From assembly GCA_035221665.1 (NCBI GenBank), contig CM069145.1:13020001-13084000 (forward strand): a stretch of DNA of 64,000 bases, written 5' to 3'. Every line of letters starts with the position of its first letter. Position 1 is the first letter of the stretch. The position numbers and the translations under genes are program-made. Under the pieces are notes generated by a model, which made no database searches, was not told the origin of the DNA, and worked only from the letters and a program-made list of their open reading frames with translations. The stretch comes from Okamejei kenojei. Taxonomy: Eukaryota. Positions 1 to 11,345 of the stretch are shown piece after piece.

Positions 1-139
1 TCTTGCATAGAGATCAAATATAAACTACTTTTATGCCACTTCTGTCCCTGTATTTTGTTAATGGGACAGCTGGAAAAGAGTATTTAAAATTCTTCAGTTT
101 AATCGTTTTCTAAAATTCTGTGTTTTATTATTGAACTTT

Positions 140-395
140 AGTAGAAAGATACAGCGTGTAAACAGGACTTCACCCACGAGTCCATGCTGACCAATGATTA
201 GTTCACTAGTTCTATTCTACAATTTTACAGAAGCCAATTCACCTACAAACCTTCACATCTGTGGAACGTGGGTGGAAACCAGAGCACCCTGAGAAAACCC
301 ATGTAGTCTACAGAGGATAGTACATAGTGAGGAAGGAACCCAGGTCTCTGGCGCTGTGAGGCAGCAACTCTACCGATGTGCCACAGTGCCTCCCC
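140..395 (-). mobile_element. tRNA-derived V-SINE (HE1-like), diverged
   Basis: Reverse-complement similarity to the 557-840 copy (ctctggcgctgtgaggcagcaactctacc). Confidence 0.75.
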
Positions 396-556
396 AGCTA
401 TATGCATATTTAAAATTCATATTTAATTCTTGTAATATATACAATTCATAATTCCGAATAACTCTGACTCTGAAAGCTCCAGAATATCTGTAAATCTCTC
501 CACTGGTGAGATATGACTGTAGGCTTGGAACTACAGCGTAATAGTATTAGAAGGAT

Positions 557-842
557 GGCACAGTGGCGCAGCGGTAGAGTTGCCACCTTACAGCGCCAGA
601 GATTGGGTTCAATCCTGACTGTACGGAGTTTGTACGTTCTCCCCAAGACCCACGTGGGTTTTCTCCGAGATGTTCTGTTTCCTCCCACACTCCAAAGATG
701 TACAGGTTTGTAGGTTAATTGGCTAGGTGTAAATGTAAAATTGTCTCAAGGGTGTGTAGGGTAGTGTTAATGCGCGGCGATCGCTGGTCGGTGCGGACTC
801 GGTGGGCCGAACCGCCTGTTTCCGCGCTGTATCACTAAACAA
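557..842 (+). mobile_element. tRNA-derived V-SINE (HE1-like), near full length
   Basis: A-box-like TGGCGCAGCGG, B-box GGTTCAATCC, central TTTCCTCCCACACTCCAAAGA domain, LINE-like 3' end with CTAAA tail. Confidence 0.85.
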
Positions 843-971
843 AAAATAAACAAATTATCAGGATCATGATGCATATGATCCAGATAATCTGGAAGAACCA
901 GTCTGACTGAGCAAGAAAAAAAAAACATCTACATTCAGATGAGCTGCAACATGTCAAAATTGTCTCCCTAC

Positions 972-1092
972 CTTTCTTGCGCGCTTGAGCAATTACGTCA
1001 GCAGCACCTTTGCTCATGACTTTAGTGACGTACAAGGGGCAGTTGGCTTGGCTTGCGATAGTGATTGCACGATACACTGCTTCTGCTTCAAC
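972..1092 (-). CDS. DPYSL4: Exon 8 (121 bp) [41 protein letters not shown]; the gene continues off the left edge
   Basis: tccag| acceptor and |gtaggg donor; [27 protein letters not shown] match DPYSL4 better than DPYSL2/3 or CRMP1 as I recall them. Confidence 0.92.
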
Positions 1093-1547
1093 CTGGAAGA
1101 AACATTTTGATCATAGTTTTACTTTGGTGATGAAAAATACCCTCTGATTAAAAGCCCCAACATTCAATTTTTACCCTCTGTCTATTGCTCCCTCCTCATG
1201 AAAGATTAAAATGACATTTTCCAAACTGTTGTAAATGTAATGACTGTGATATATATAACATATATAATAAGAACATTGGTGATTGCACAGCTATTACATT
1301 TGTAACATGAATGATTAGACTCCAAACCCAGCTTTAACTGTATATGACAAGTCAGACGTTTGTGGTGTGATGACAGTAAATCTATCTTCATCTTAGCACC
1401 ATGAAACTGGCAACTCTGGGCGTTGCATTCATGAATAGGTTGAGAAAGAAATCCTATGGCTGCTGTAATTTATCACTCCTCCAGAATCTGTAACAGAAAG
1501 TAGCCTACTTCACTTAAATCAAACAGAATCAATGTATTTTTTAGAAA

Positions 1548-2131
1548 GATAGACGCAAAAAAGCTGAACTAACTCAGCGGGTCAGGCAACATCTCTGGAG
1601 AACAGGAATAGGTGACATTTCGGGACGAGACCCTTCTGCAGACTGAGAGCCAGGGGAAAGGGAAATGAGAGATATAGAACAGTTGAATTAATGCAAAAAA
1701 AGTACCGATGATAAAGGAAACAGGCCATTGTTAGCTGTGGGCTAGGTGAAAACGGGTTACAGACAATGAGACTCAACAAGACAACTTTGAAGCTGCTACA
1801 ACTTGGGTGGTGGAGGGATGAAGTTGGAGAAACCAATATTCATCTGCGGGGTTGTAAGCTGCCCAAACAAAATATAACGTGCTGTTCCTCCAATTTGCAC
1901 TAACAATGGAGAAGGCTCCAGACAGAAATGTCGGTGTGGGAATGGGAAAGGGAATTAAAGTGTTTGGCAATTGGGATATCAGGTAGGCCTAGGTGGACCG
2001 AGTCACCCAACGGCCCACCGACATGTCACCTATTCCCTTTTCTCCAGAGATTCTGTCTGACCAGATGAATTACTCCAGCTTTTTGTGTCCATCTTCGGTT
2101 TAAACCAGCATCTGCAGTTCCTTCCTACACA
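1548..2131 (-). mobile_element. Penelope-like element 3' end with an inverted terminal repeat
   Basis: Minus strand 1830-1990 encodes PIAKHFNSLSHSHTDISV...CKLEEQHVIFCLGSLQP (GIY-YIG C-terminus, with a stop). Terminal repeat at 1548-1645 and an inverted copy at 2020-2131. Confidence 0.8.
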
Positions 2132-2340
2132 TTTATGAAAAACTCAGGCATTTATAAACTGATCTTGTTATAATGTACATGAAGTTTAATTGTGGACTAT
2201 ACCATAATTGATGTTAGCAAAGAGTTTAATTGTAAAATCTGATGTTATACATGTGGGTTGTAATTTCAGGTACATATTTCAGTACAATGGATTTCACTTT
2301 GTTTCAGCAATGTTTCTGTTTCTACTTTGCAAGAAATGTT

Positions 2341-2355
2341 CGCCATCTAGTGGCA
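2341..2355 (-). promoter_or_regulatory. Candidate CTCF site in intron 7
   Basis: cgccatctagtggca, which reads TGCCACTAGATGGCG on the minus strand, close to the CTCF core consensus; lies in unique sequence. Confidence 0.5.
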
Positions 2356-2564
2356 ACCTATGGTAATTGTGAACATTCGGCAGTTTCCATGTCGGGAAGT
2401 GTTGCTAAGGCAGAGGACGGCCATTTCCTTGCAGTAAACAGCTCTGAAGTAAACATTCAACATGACTCACCAGGACCCACGGAGTTTGACAAGAATTACA
2501 TTATACATTATTTAAAGTAAAAACAGTCACTGGAGACAGCATATTGTAATCATAATATGATGTG

Positions 2565-2915
2565 ATCGGAGTAGAATTAGGCCGTTTGTGCCATCAAGTC
2601 TACTCCGCCACTCAATCATGGCTGATCTATCTCTCCCTCCTAGCCCCATTCTCCTGCTTTCTCCCCATAACCTCTGACACCCGTACTAATCAAGAATCTG
2701 TCTATCTCTGCCTTAAAAAATATCCACTGACATGGCCTCCACAGCCTTCTGTGGCAAAGAATTCCACAGATTCACCACCTTCTGACCAAAGAAATGACTC
2801 CTCATCTCCTTCCTAAAAGTACGTCCTTTAATTCTGAGGCTCTGACCTCTAGTCCTAGACTCACAAGTGCTGAAAACCTCTCCACATCCAGTCTATCCAA
2901 GCCTTTCACTATTCT
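2565..2915 (-). mobile_element. CR1-type LINE 3' fragment
   Basis: Reverse complement of the CR1 ORF2 end/3'UTR seen at 20473-20856 and 60810-61272. Confidence 0.85.
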
Positions 2916-5384
2916 GTTGTGCTGTCAGGTTGGTTCAATGGTGCATTATATGTCACATATGTAACTGCATAGTGAAATTATTTTTGCATATTTACACTTG
3001 CAGGTATCGCCATGCCTTGCTGCCATCTCCACAGCCCAAAGTACGGTCCGCCCACATGCTCGGTCTACTGGTGCAGTTCCCGATCCAGGCAAGCCCCAGG
3101 CTCCTGCAGGGCCTCCTCCTCTGTCGCTTTCAATAAGATCAGCCCGAGAACCAGCATTCCTCTCCTCGCCCGGATATCTATGTGCCACGGGGAAACCTCC
3201 TGAGGCCAATCTTGAAGACACTGGAGGCATTACTCTGGTTCACCCTCTGACTGGCTCGTGCTCCTCGCATCTGCCGTCTCCTGGTTCAGCGGTCTTCGGG
3301 TCCTCAGGGCTGGTTCCCGCATTCAATGGCAGCGACACCACGGGTAGGCCTCTGCCGCACGCCACCGTTGTGTGATCATGTTATATCAACTTGATGTGGT
3401 TTTCCTTTGAACACTGATCTGCTGTCGAGAGCAGTGCAGATTGCTGCGGGAGGTTATTGTGTGGTGAGGCTGGAAAGAGATGGGTTTTGGAGTGTTGATG
3501 ATAATGTGGCCAGATAATAGAGATACAACACTATGGAGCCCAGCTTACTACGAACAGAGAGCAGAATGGAACGGCTAAGCGGATACATTCCATTCATCCA
3601 AAAGTAAAATACAATGCAAATCTGAAAAATGCCAGGAAATATTGTATACATTGAACAGTTTAGATAGCATCTGTGGAGAGAGAAACTGCGTTAATGTTGC
3701 AGGAAAAATGCGAGTTTTAGCTCACAGAGAAAGTAGGGAAGTGGCAGAAAAAAATGGAAGATTCCTCACAAAGTGGATTCCAGGTTAATGACAGGAGGTG
3801 GAGTTGGGTTAAAGTACTCAATGCAATGGCAATGTATGGGTGAGGTGTTAGTAGGAGGAGAAAAATTAAATCACGAGGAGAAATAAAAACTAACGATAGG
3901 AAATATGAAAAACAGAGGAGAAGCAGTTGACTAAATTAACTGAAATGATTGAAGTTTGCATTACATCCTGCAGGCTTTAACATGCTAAACGGAAAATGGT
4001 CATTGACCCGTCAACTGGATAAATGGAGGAGGCCAAATAAAGGAGTCAGAGTGAATGGGAAGTAGAATAAAAGTGATTGTACTGGAATCTCAGGGTTACC
4101 TTTACAGACTGAAGAAAGACATTCTGAAAAGTGATCATGCAACCTAGGTTTGGTAATTCAAAGAGACCACATTTTCAGGAACCTGAAGCAACGCTTGCTT
4201 TCTTCACTCCTTTTGTCCTTATTGTCCAGGGACTAAAACACTCTTTCCAGATGAAATTATGATTCATTTGTAAGCAGACGTGCGGCATCAGGTGTTCACA
4301 ATGCAGACTTTTCTTACTGTGTTGGTAACAGCTATTAAAAAGGCGAATGCAAAGATGGTGCTATATTTGGTTTATCACCAAGGAAGAGAGCTGCACCAAA
4401 TAATCAAGTCTGTGAGTGAGACAGTGGAAGAGGTTTTCACAACCTTCCTGAGAATTATTAAAACCTGCAATGCAAAGAGGTAGCAGGAAGATTTGACGGA
4501 TTCATTGATCCGAGATAGGAATTCAAGATGAAGGTTTTAATGAGCAGAGGTTGAGAGAAGTCGTGTTAGCTTTGGTAACATTTGGCCGAAATTCAGAGTT
4601 GATGAGTTGAGAACAGACAACACAATTCAGTCCATGCCAGTCAACTCAGCGCACAGAACAATAAAGGCGTAAAATATGCAAATATTGTGGTAAACAATAT
4701 GAATGGCAGGAGAAATGCCAAGTTTACAAGAGGAATGCCACTAATATAAAAGGGCTTTTCATCCCAGAGTGGAGGGAGGAAGACTAGTAGCAGGCAGAGG
4801 AGTACTAGTGAAGGACAAGGCCAGTACACAAGCTCACATAAGTCTACAGTTCATCTAAGTGAAGATGAAAACCATCTTGTTGCTGCAAAACAGAGTGGAA
4901 TCATAGCAAGTTAACAGATTGGAGGAGGCCAAATACCTAACACAGATCTTTGCCACTATGGAAGGAAGAGAGATACAATTCAGGGGGACAACGTTGCTAT
5001 GTGTAATATGAAATTTGCATGCAAGCTTGCAGTGACAAGCGCTAATGTTGTACAAATAAGAAACACTGCAATGCTACATAATTTTATAAAATGTCGACGT
5101 TATAATCTTTATCTACGAAATGGCCAAAATATTTCCAATAACACTGTGCTTTATTCCTTCCAGATTTACAGCTTTTTTACATATTCAGCCAACTTGATGA
5201 TGTCAGTAGGGATAGTACTGGCAAAACATCCACAATGTACAAGATGTCCATTATCCGACAGTGAAGCTCTCTGTGCTCGGTGACATTAATAGGGGAAGAC
5301 ATATATTCCATTAATCCAACAGATGCGGGGTGAGGCTGAAAATCTCCATGGCAACCACAAACATGGTTCCTAAACATGGCTATC

Positions 5385-5550
5385 ATTGATCGGACTTTAC
5401 TGGCTTTATCTTGCACTAAAAGTTATTTCCTTATCATGTATCTGCACACTATGAATGGCTTGATTACACTCATGTATTGTCTTTCTGCTGACTGGTTAGC
5501 ACACAACAAATGCTTTTCACTGTACTTCGGTACACGTAATAAATTAAACT
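5385..5550 (+). repeat. Dispersed repeat (probable LINE 3' tail); inverted copies at 55942-56150 and 56658-56900
   Basis: cttttcactgtacttcggtacacgtaataaa is the reverse complement of ttattgtcacgtgtaccgaggtacagtgaaaa. Confidence 0.65.
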
Positions 5551-5899
5551 GACTTGAACAGTGACGCCATTACCCAGTTACCCTGATAACACAAAGGAGC
5601 ATCATGGCAGCTGGAGTCGAGTTGAGGAGGAGAGGACCACTGTATTCTTTTATTAATCCACAATAATCCCATTATGCTGGGCCTGGGTCCTTGGGACAGA
5701 TGTCTTGTTGACACTTGGTGCAATTTCAAAGAGCTGTTTAAACAGCTGTCATGGGCATAATACATCAATGCACTATAGACACACTTTGAAAGAGAGATCA
5801 ATGGCACACCTACACAAATCCCCAAAGCCCCTGACGATGTTGTGATCTAGTCTCAGAGGCTGATCTTAAAGCATTCTTCAAGAGGGTGAATCCAAGCAG

Positions 5900-6290
5900 A
5901 GTTTCCATACATGGCGGTGTATCTGGCCAGTGCTAAAGACCCTTGTGGGCCATCTGGCTGGTGTATTCATGCTCCAGCGTCTGAGGTCCTCATCTGCTTC
6001 ATATCAGTGAACAAGACAAGCATGGTGACCTGTCTCAATGACTACTGTCCGGTAGCTCTTGCAGCCACTGTAATGAATTGTTTTGAGGGGTTGGTTATGG
6101 AACAAATCAACTCCTGCTTTAGAAATGACCTGGGTGGTCAACTTGTCGCTCGCCATAACAGTTCAACAACAGATGCTATTTCACTGGCTCTCCACACTGC
6201 TCTGGACCTTCTCGATAACAGGAACACATACAACATGCTGCTGTTCATCGACTACAGTTCAGCATCAACTCAATCATCCCCTTCAGGCTC
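5900..6290 (+). mobile_element. Rex1/Babar-like LINE RT fragment
   Basis: ORF 5911-6297: CLNDYCPVAL..VMNCFEGLV..STTDAISLALHTALDLLD..MLLFIDYSSA (RT domains 1-3). Confidence 0.8.
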
Positions 6291-6584
6291 ATTTTGAATT
6301 TTCTCTACATACTCCCCCTGCCAAGGCAACAGGTAACGTGCTCCCAATTGATAATTAATATTCCTCAATCTGTCTTAGGGCCACTGAGCCATTGACTACA
6401 CATGTTGTCCTGTCCAACAGTACATGGTCACCACTCGACCAAGCCTTTCCAAAACACACTTTAGAGGTGGTGACTTTAAAATACATTTGTAAACCATCAA
6501 ATGTGAACAAAGGAAAAATCAGAAATTAAGGTTCAATAAATTTTCTGTTATAATTTACACACTGTCAGTATTAGTGAAAGGTTA

Positions 6585-6922
6585 AACACAAAGACCTGCA
6601 GAGGCTGGTTTACCAAAAAAGACAAAAGGTGCTGCAGTAACTCAGCAGGTCAGGCAGCATCGTGACATTTCAAATCTGGAGGTGCATGCCAACATAAAGT
6701 GTCATCTATCCATTTTCTTCAGAGATGCTGCCTGCGTTAGTTCAGCACTTTGTGTCCTTTTGTGGGCTAACAGAACTAGTGTGAACGGGTAAATGATGGC
6801 GGGTGTGGACTCAAAGGGGTGATGAGCCTAATTTCAATGCTGTATCACTAAACTAAACTAAATTAATGTTCTCCAGAGACGCTGCCTGACCTGCTGAGTT
6901 ACTCCAGCACTTTGTGTCTTTT
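6585..6922. mobile_element. Composite Penelope-terminal-repeat foldback plus V-SINE tail
   Basis: Inverted arms at 6595-6670 / 6700-6762, SINE tail at 6770-6862, further arm at 6866-6922. Flanked by ttagtgaaaggtta / ttagtcaaatgtta (12/14 match). Confidence 0.6.
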
Positions 6923-6995
6923 TTAGTCAAATGTTAGTGGGACAAGATATTTTCTTGATGCACGTTCTTTCAAATGAAGCTAAACATTGTTTTAC

Positions 6996-7064
6996 CTCTT
7001 CAGGTCGACTAAGAACATGTCCCTCTGGTCCGGTAATTCCGAGCTCCAACATTCGCTTTTGCTC
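6996..7064 (-). CDS. DPYSL4: Exon 7 (69 bp) EQKRMLELGITGPEGHVLSRPEE
   Basis: catag| acceptor and |gtaaaa donor; GITGPEGH motif. Confidence 0.93.
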
Positions 7065-7322
7065 CTATGGACAGATTGGCTCATTAATAATATAAACAGC
7101 AGTGGTTCTGGCACTGTTTAAAACCAAGTACAATCACGTCATACTTTAGATTATCAGCATTAACTCTTCAGCTCCTCATTATCCTTGAACAGATTTTTGG
7201 ACAGTGACTCAGGCAAACCAGCAGGAAGAAGTTGCTTTCCTGATCATATCTTCAAGGTAGGTATTTCCTTTTTCCAATGGGATCACTTACTGTGCTGATG
7301 CATCTTGTTTGTGGTCACCAGG

Positions 7323-7632
7323 TCATAAGAAATAGTAGAATTAGGCCATTCGGCCCATCAGGTCTACTCCGCCATTCAATCAAGGCTGATCTATCTTTCC
7401 CTCCTAACCCCATTCTCCTGCCTTCTCCATATAACCGCTAACACCTGTACTAATCAAGAATCTATCTATCTCTGCCTTAAAAATATCCATTGACTTGGCC
7501 TCTACAGCCTTTTGTGGTGAAGATTTACCACACTGACTAAAAAAAATTCACCTCATCTCCTTCCTAAAAGAACGTCCTTTAATTCTGAGGCTATGACCTC
7601 TAGTCCTGGACTCTTCCACTAATGGAAACATG
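7323..7632 (-). mobile_element. CR1-type LINE 3' fragment
   Basis: Same family as 2565-2915. Confidence 0.85.
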
Positions 7633-7903
7633 GTGACTTAGTGCGGCGATATAAAGCTATTTTGACCTTTTCTAGTCTATATTGTGTCATACTAAAACCA
7701 ACCCACGAGAGCATGTGGTTTTACTGTTGTCTAATAATGTATGTTTGGGGCTGGGAAGTTGGGGTAAAATAAATTAGGCCATAGTTATATTACGGTGTAT
7801 ATTGAAATAGCATTTATTTCCTTGAGTTATGAAAACTGCATGTGCCACTCTCACCATCTTTAAATAGCTCAGCTTCAGACACATTATCAAAGCCAAATGT
7901 TAC

Positions 7904-7984
7904 CTCCTGAATGATGTCTCCATTCTCAGCATGCACCTGTGCTATAGCACCCAGTTCTCGGATGATGCTGAAGATGTCATATAT
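7904..7984 (-). CDS. DPYSL4: Exon 6 (81 bp) [27 protein letters not shown]
   Basis: ggcag| acceptor and |gtaaca donor; QVHAENGD motif; preceded by a 97-bp intron. Confidence 0.93.
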
Positions 7985-8081
7985 CTGCCAGTAGAAAAAG
8001 GGCACATTATTAACATCTGTGCTTCAGGAAGTATAGTTAAACAAGTAGAAGCGAAAGTTATCCATTATCCATGATTATTAC

Positions 8082-8143
8082 CTGTGCGTCACTGCACTGA
8101 TATTTGTCCTTGTATGCCATGAACACAAGAAAGGAGTTCACAC
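8082..8143 (-). CDS. DPYSL4: Exon 5 (62 bp) GVNSFLVFMAYKDKYQCSDAQ
   Basis: actag| acceptor and |gtaata donor; FLVFMAYKD..QCSD is DPYSL4-like. Confidence 0.92.
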
Positions 8144-8664
8144 CTAGTTGACCAAAACAGAAAAAATAAATACATATTGTGCCAAGTGCTGCAAGCTCAA
8201 ACTTCGCATCTGCAACAGTTCATCCCGAAAATGTATCTTAAAACGTTTAACAACGGTGCTTCATTTAATTCAGTTTACTTTCATTTAAAAATTGTGTGCA
8301 GGCCACAGAGCAAAGTATTGGGATTCACCAAAGAGTATCAACAAAAGTTTTAAAGAAACATTTCTCCCAAAGGAATGACGTGCCCTCAAACATAGTGCCA
8401 CAAACAACTTTGTACAAAGGATCTGATAAATATTGATGCTTTAGAATCGTGGAACAGTTCATGAATAATTAAAATTTCCACCACGTGTTATTTTCCTTTT
8501 TTCTCATTGGCAAGATACATGTGTGGTGCTACACATGAGCTGGGGGATAGCAGCTTGCTGCATCTGCTGGCCCCGCTACTAGCTACTAGCATCACCATCA
8601 CGTCGCTGTATGCTTCTGTTACAGTTCTGCAAATGTTAAAGGAACAGTTCTAACTAATGTTACC

Positions 8665-8741
8665 GTCTGAGGAAGGGTGTCGACCCGAAACATCACCCAT
8701 TCGATCTCTCCCGCTGAGTTACTCCAGCATTTAGTGTCTAC
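8665..8741 (+). mobile_element. Penelope terminal-repeat fragment with hammerhead-like core
   Basis: gtCTGAGGAaGGGTgtcgACCCGAAACATC followed by the family tail gctgagttactccagcatt. Confidence 0.7.
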
Positions 8742-9220
8742 GTACCATTTGTCAAGAAGGCCCTAATCATGCTTAGATATTCTTAGAATTGTGCCTCCAG
8801 TCATTTAATTTACATATTTTCAATGTAGCAGGTCAATGGGCGTATATTTCTATTTTTTGCCACATGATCTATTGAATTCAAACAAATATCAAAATGGGTG
8901 GGGGGGGGGGGGGGGGGGTAAAATAGCCCCAATGGGTGGAGATGGATGGAAAATTGAGCTGGTCCTTTTCAGAACTAACTAGACCACAAGGCAGTCACGT
9001 GGTATATTTCTTCCCTGCATGCGTTTATCACTAAAGGGATTAGAGTCTAGATTAACTGTCACCACAACAATTTAAAACATCATTATCTAGCTTTTTTTTA
9101 CCACAATAACAGTGGCTGTTTGGAGGTGTGTCTTGTAAGAAGTCAAATATCGAGAACATCTGATGGACAACAGATCGATCGATCTCCACCCTAGAAGCCA
9201 CTTAAAATGTTACAATTTAC

Positions 9221-9391
9221 CTTTGTCTTTGACCAAAGTTTCCATCTCTTCACGCAGGCCTTCATGCCAACGTGTAATATCGACATGTAAAGAATAGTCA
9301 CAACAGGACTTGCTGTCAGCCCATTCTCTCCATTGTTCGTAAGCAGAGATAAGGCTGGATCCAGGTTCGGGTTCGGAAAGGACATGATCCA
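9221..9391 (-). CDS. DPYSL4: Exon 4 (171 bp) [57 protein letters not shown]
   Basis: cacag| acceptor and |gtaaat donor; AYEQWRE and ITRWHE are DPYSL4-like residues. Confidence 0.92.
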
Positions 9392-10040
9392 CTGTGATGT
9401 ACAACAAAGACAAATTATGTATGCAGTTAGACGTCCATTCCGGCTTTAAAAAAATCTTTCACATTCGCAATTTTCCCTTTTTATCCTCTTCCTTTCAATG
9501 CCTAGCATTCCAACGTAAGAGCTATTTTGTCATGGAAATTGGGATTGTCTGTTCCAAGAGGAAATCAACACTGTGGTTAACGTTTGGCCGCCCAGTCCTT
9601 GTGTGGTGTAAAGAGGCAGTTAATATTTGGATGAGTCTTCTCTGTGAATTTTATCACTAGCATGCAAGCGGTCACTGTGACCAGGTCTCCTGCAAAATGA
9701 TCCTGATGTGCATGTTGAAAAGGGGTTGTTTGGAAATAATAGGTGGCTTTGTGCTCCACAGGCGATCAGATTGAAAAGGCAAAGCTCTTAAAAAAAGGCA
9801 AGTGCTCAACTTAGTGTAATGATCACAGCTGCTGGAGTGACAATGCTAATTTGACAGTATATCTACCTTGCCCACTCTTGGGTTATTAATGGCGGATAAC
9901 ATTGCTTTTTTGTCTGGAATTAGAAACACATGTGTGAGCAAGAGAATTCAACAATGTACATAAGGGTATCTATGTCAGCCAGAAGGCAGCTCATCAGTTT
10001 ATCATAACTGAACTATTCCATCCTTAAAAGCTGATATATG

Positions 10041-10099
10041 TCTTATAATTTTAAAAGTCTGATCTTCGATGTGTATTTATGTGCATGTGTGTGTGCGCA

Positions 10100-10131
<32 letters not shown>

Positions 10132-10956
10132 ATGTTCGTATGCGTTTCATATCTCCTCGAAAACACGACATGCTAATGGTGAATTCTTTACATATTCCGA
10201 TGCCTTGATGTCAAAAATCGCCTTATCAGAGAATTTAATGCATTATTTCTTGAGAATTATGAAAATGTTCAAAAAATTCAAATAAACAAGGTAGTCTCGC
10301 TGATGACGTCACAATGGCTCTGCTCCTCGTGGCCTGCTGCCCTATGTTTCACACGCAGCGATGGACGTCACCCCCCTCCTCCTCCCTCCTCCCCTCCCCC
10401 TCCCTCCTCCCCTTCACCCCGTTTTTCAAAAGATGCAGAAAGAACGAGCAAGTGGGCTTTGTACTGCAGCTCACCAGCGCTTCCAAGGGCTCACGAGCGC
10501 TTCCGATGTCACGAGCACTCACGAGCACTCCCGAACTTCCTGGATTGTTTTCCAGAACGTTCTCAATGGTCATTACCCCTTCTCCGTCACACTCCCTCTC
10601 TACCCCCTCCTTCTCTGCCCCCTCCCTTTCTGCCCCCCTCCCTTTTTTCCCTCCCCGCCCTCTGGTGATTGCGTTTGGGAACCAGCCCTCCCCTGTCATG
10701 CAGCGCTCCCCCCCACCCCTCAATCACTACCCACCTCCCTCTCCCTCTCTAACCCCCCTCTAGCCGCGCCCCTCGCAGTTGGGGTTTATGCACGAGTGGA
10801 TAGGGTGGGGGATGGGGTTAAAGGAGCGAATGAATAATATTAATATAATATCAAGGGGTGGATTAGTGTGTGTGTGACACTGAAGGCCACCCCCCCCCCC
10901 CCCCCCCCGCCACCCCCACCCCGTAACTGCAGGTTGAGGGGACGGGATTGGTCTAG
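10041..10956 (+). mobile_element. Candidate non-autonomous Helitron-like element
   Basis: Starts TC (tcttataattttaaaagtc), ends CTAG followed by T, no TSD. Contains (GT)n at 10083-10131 and a C-rich, CpG-rich body unlike the surrounding intron. Confidence 0.45.
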
Positions 10957-11160
10957 TGTGGGTGTGTGTGTGTGCAGAAACATTTGTCTTTACTGGGTAT
11001 TTCTGTTATTTCTCATATCACTTGAGTGAATTCACATCAGTGAATTTAATAATATGACCCTTACATTGAATTATTTAAAGTGCCGTAAGTTTACATAAAT
11101 TGGTTTATTTTAACTTATTTCTGGATCTGAAATAAGAGAAACAGAACACGCATTTCTTAC

Positions 11161-11345
11161 TTATCATAGTGGTTCCTCCTGCCAGTGCCGCTTTAGTTCC
11201 TTGATAGAAGTCATCAGCACTGTTCATGCCCATGCATGGCATCTGCAGATGAGTGTGGACATCAATTCCACCAGGTATGACCATCTGTCCATTGGCTTCA
11301 ATTATCTTTACACCTCCAGGAACAATGAGGTTATCTCCAAGTTGC
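11161..11345 (-). CDS. DPYSL4: Exon 3 (185 bp) [61 protein letters not shown]
   Basis: ctcag| acceptor and |gtaaga donor; amidohydrolase-fold DxHTH and GGTT motifs; phases match the neighbouring exons. Confidence 0.93.

Noticed and set aside
557-625. tRNA gene
   Set aside because: The A/B boxes belong to the tRNA-derived head of a SINE that continues into the V-domain and LINE tail; no complete cloverleaf.
8897-8918. Functional G-quadruplex at poly-G (also poly-C at 10889, 25433, 25637, 37939, 41462)
   Set aside because: Simple homopolymers common in this assembly, with unreliable lengths and no supporting context.
10303-10837. Proline-rich protein ORFs (121-158 aa)
   Set aside because: By-product of C-rich low-complexity sequence, open in several frames inside an intron.
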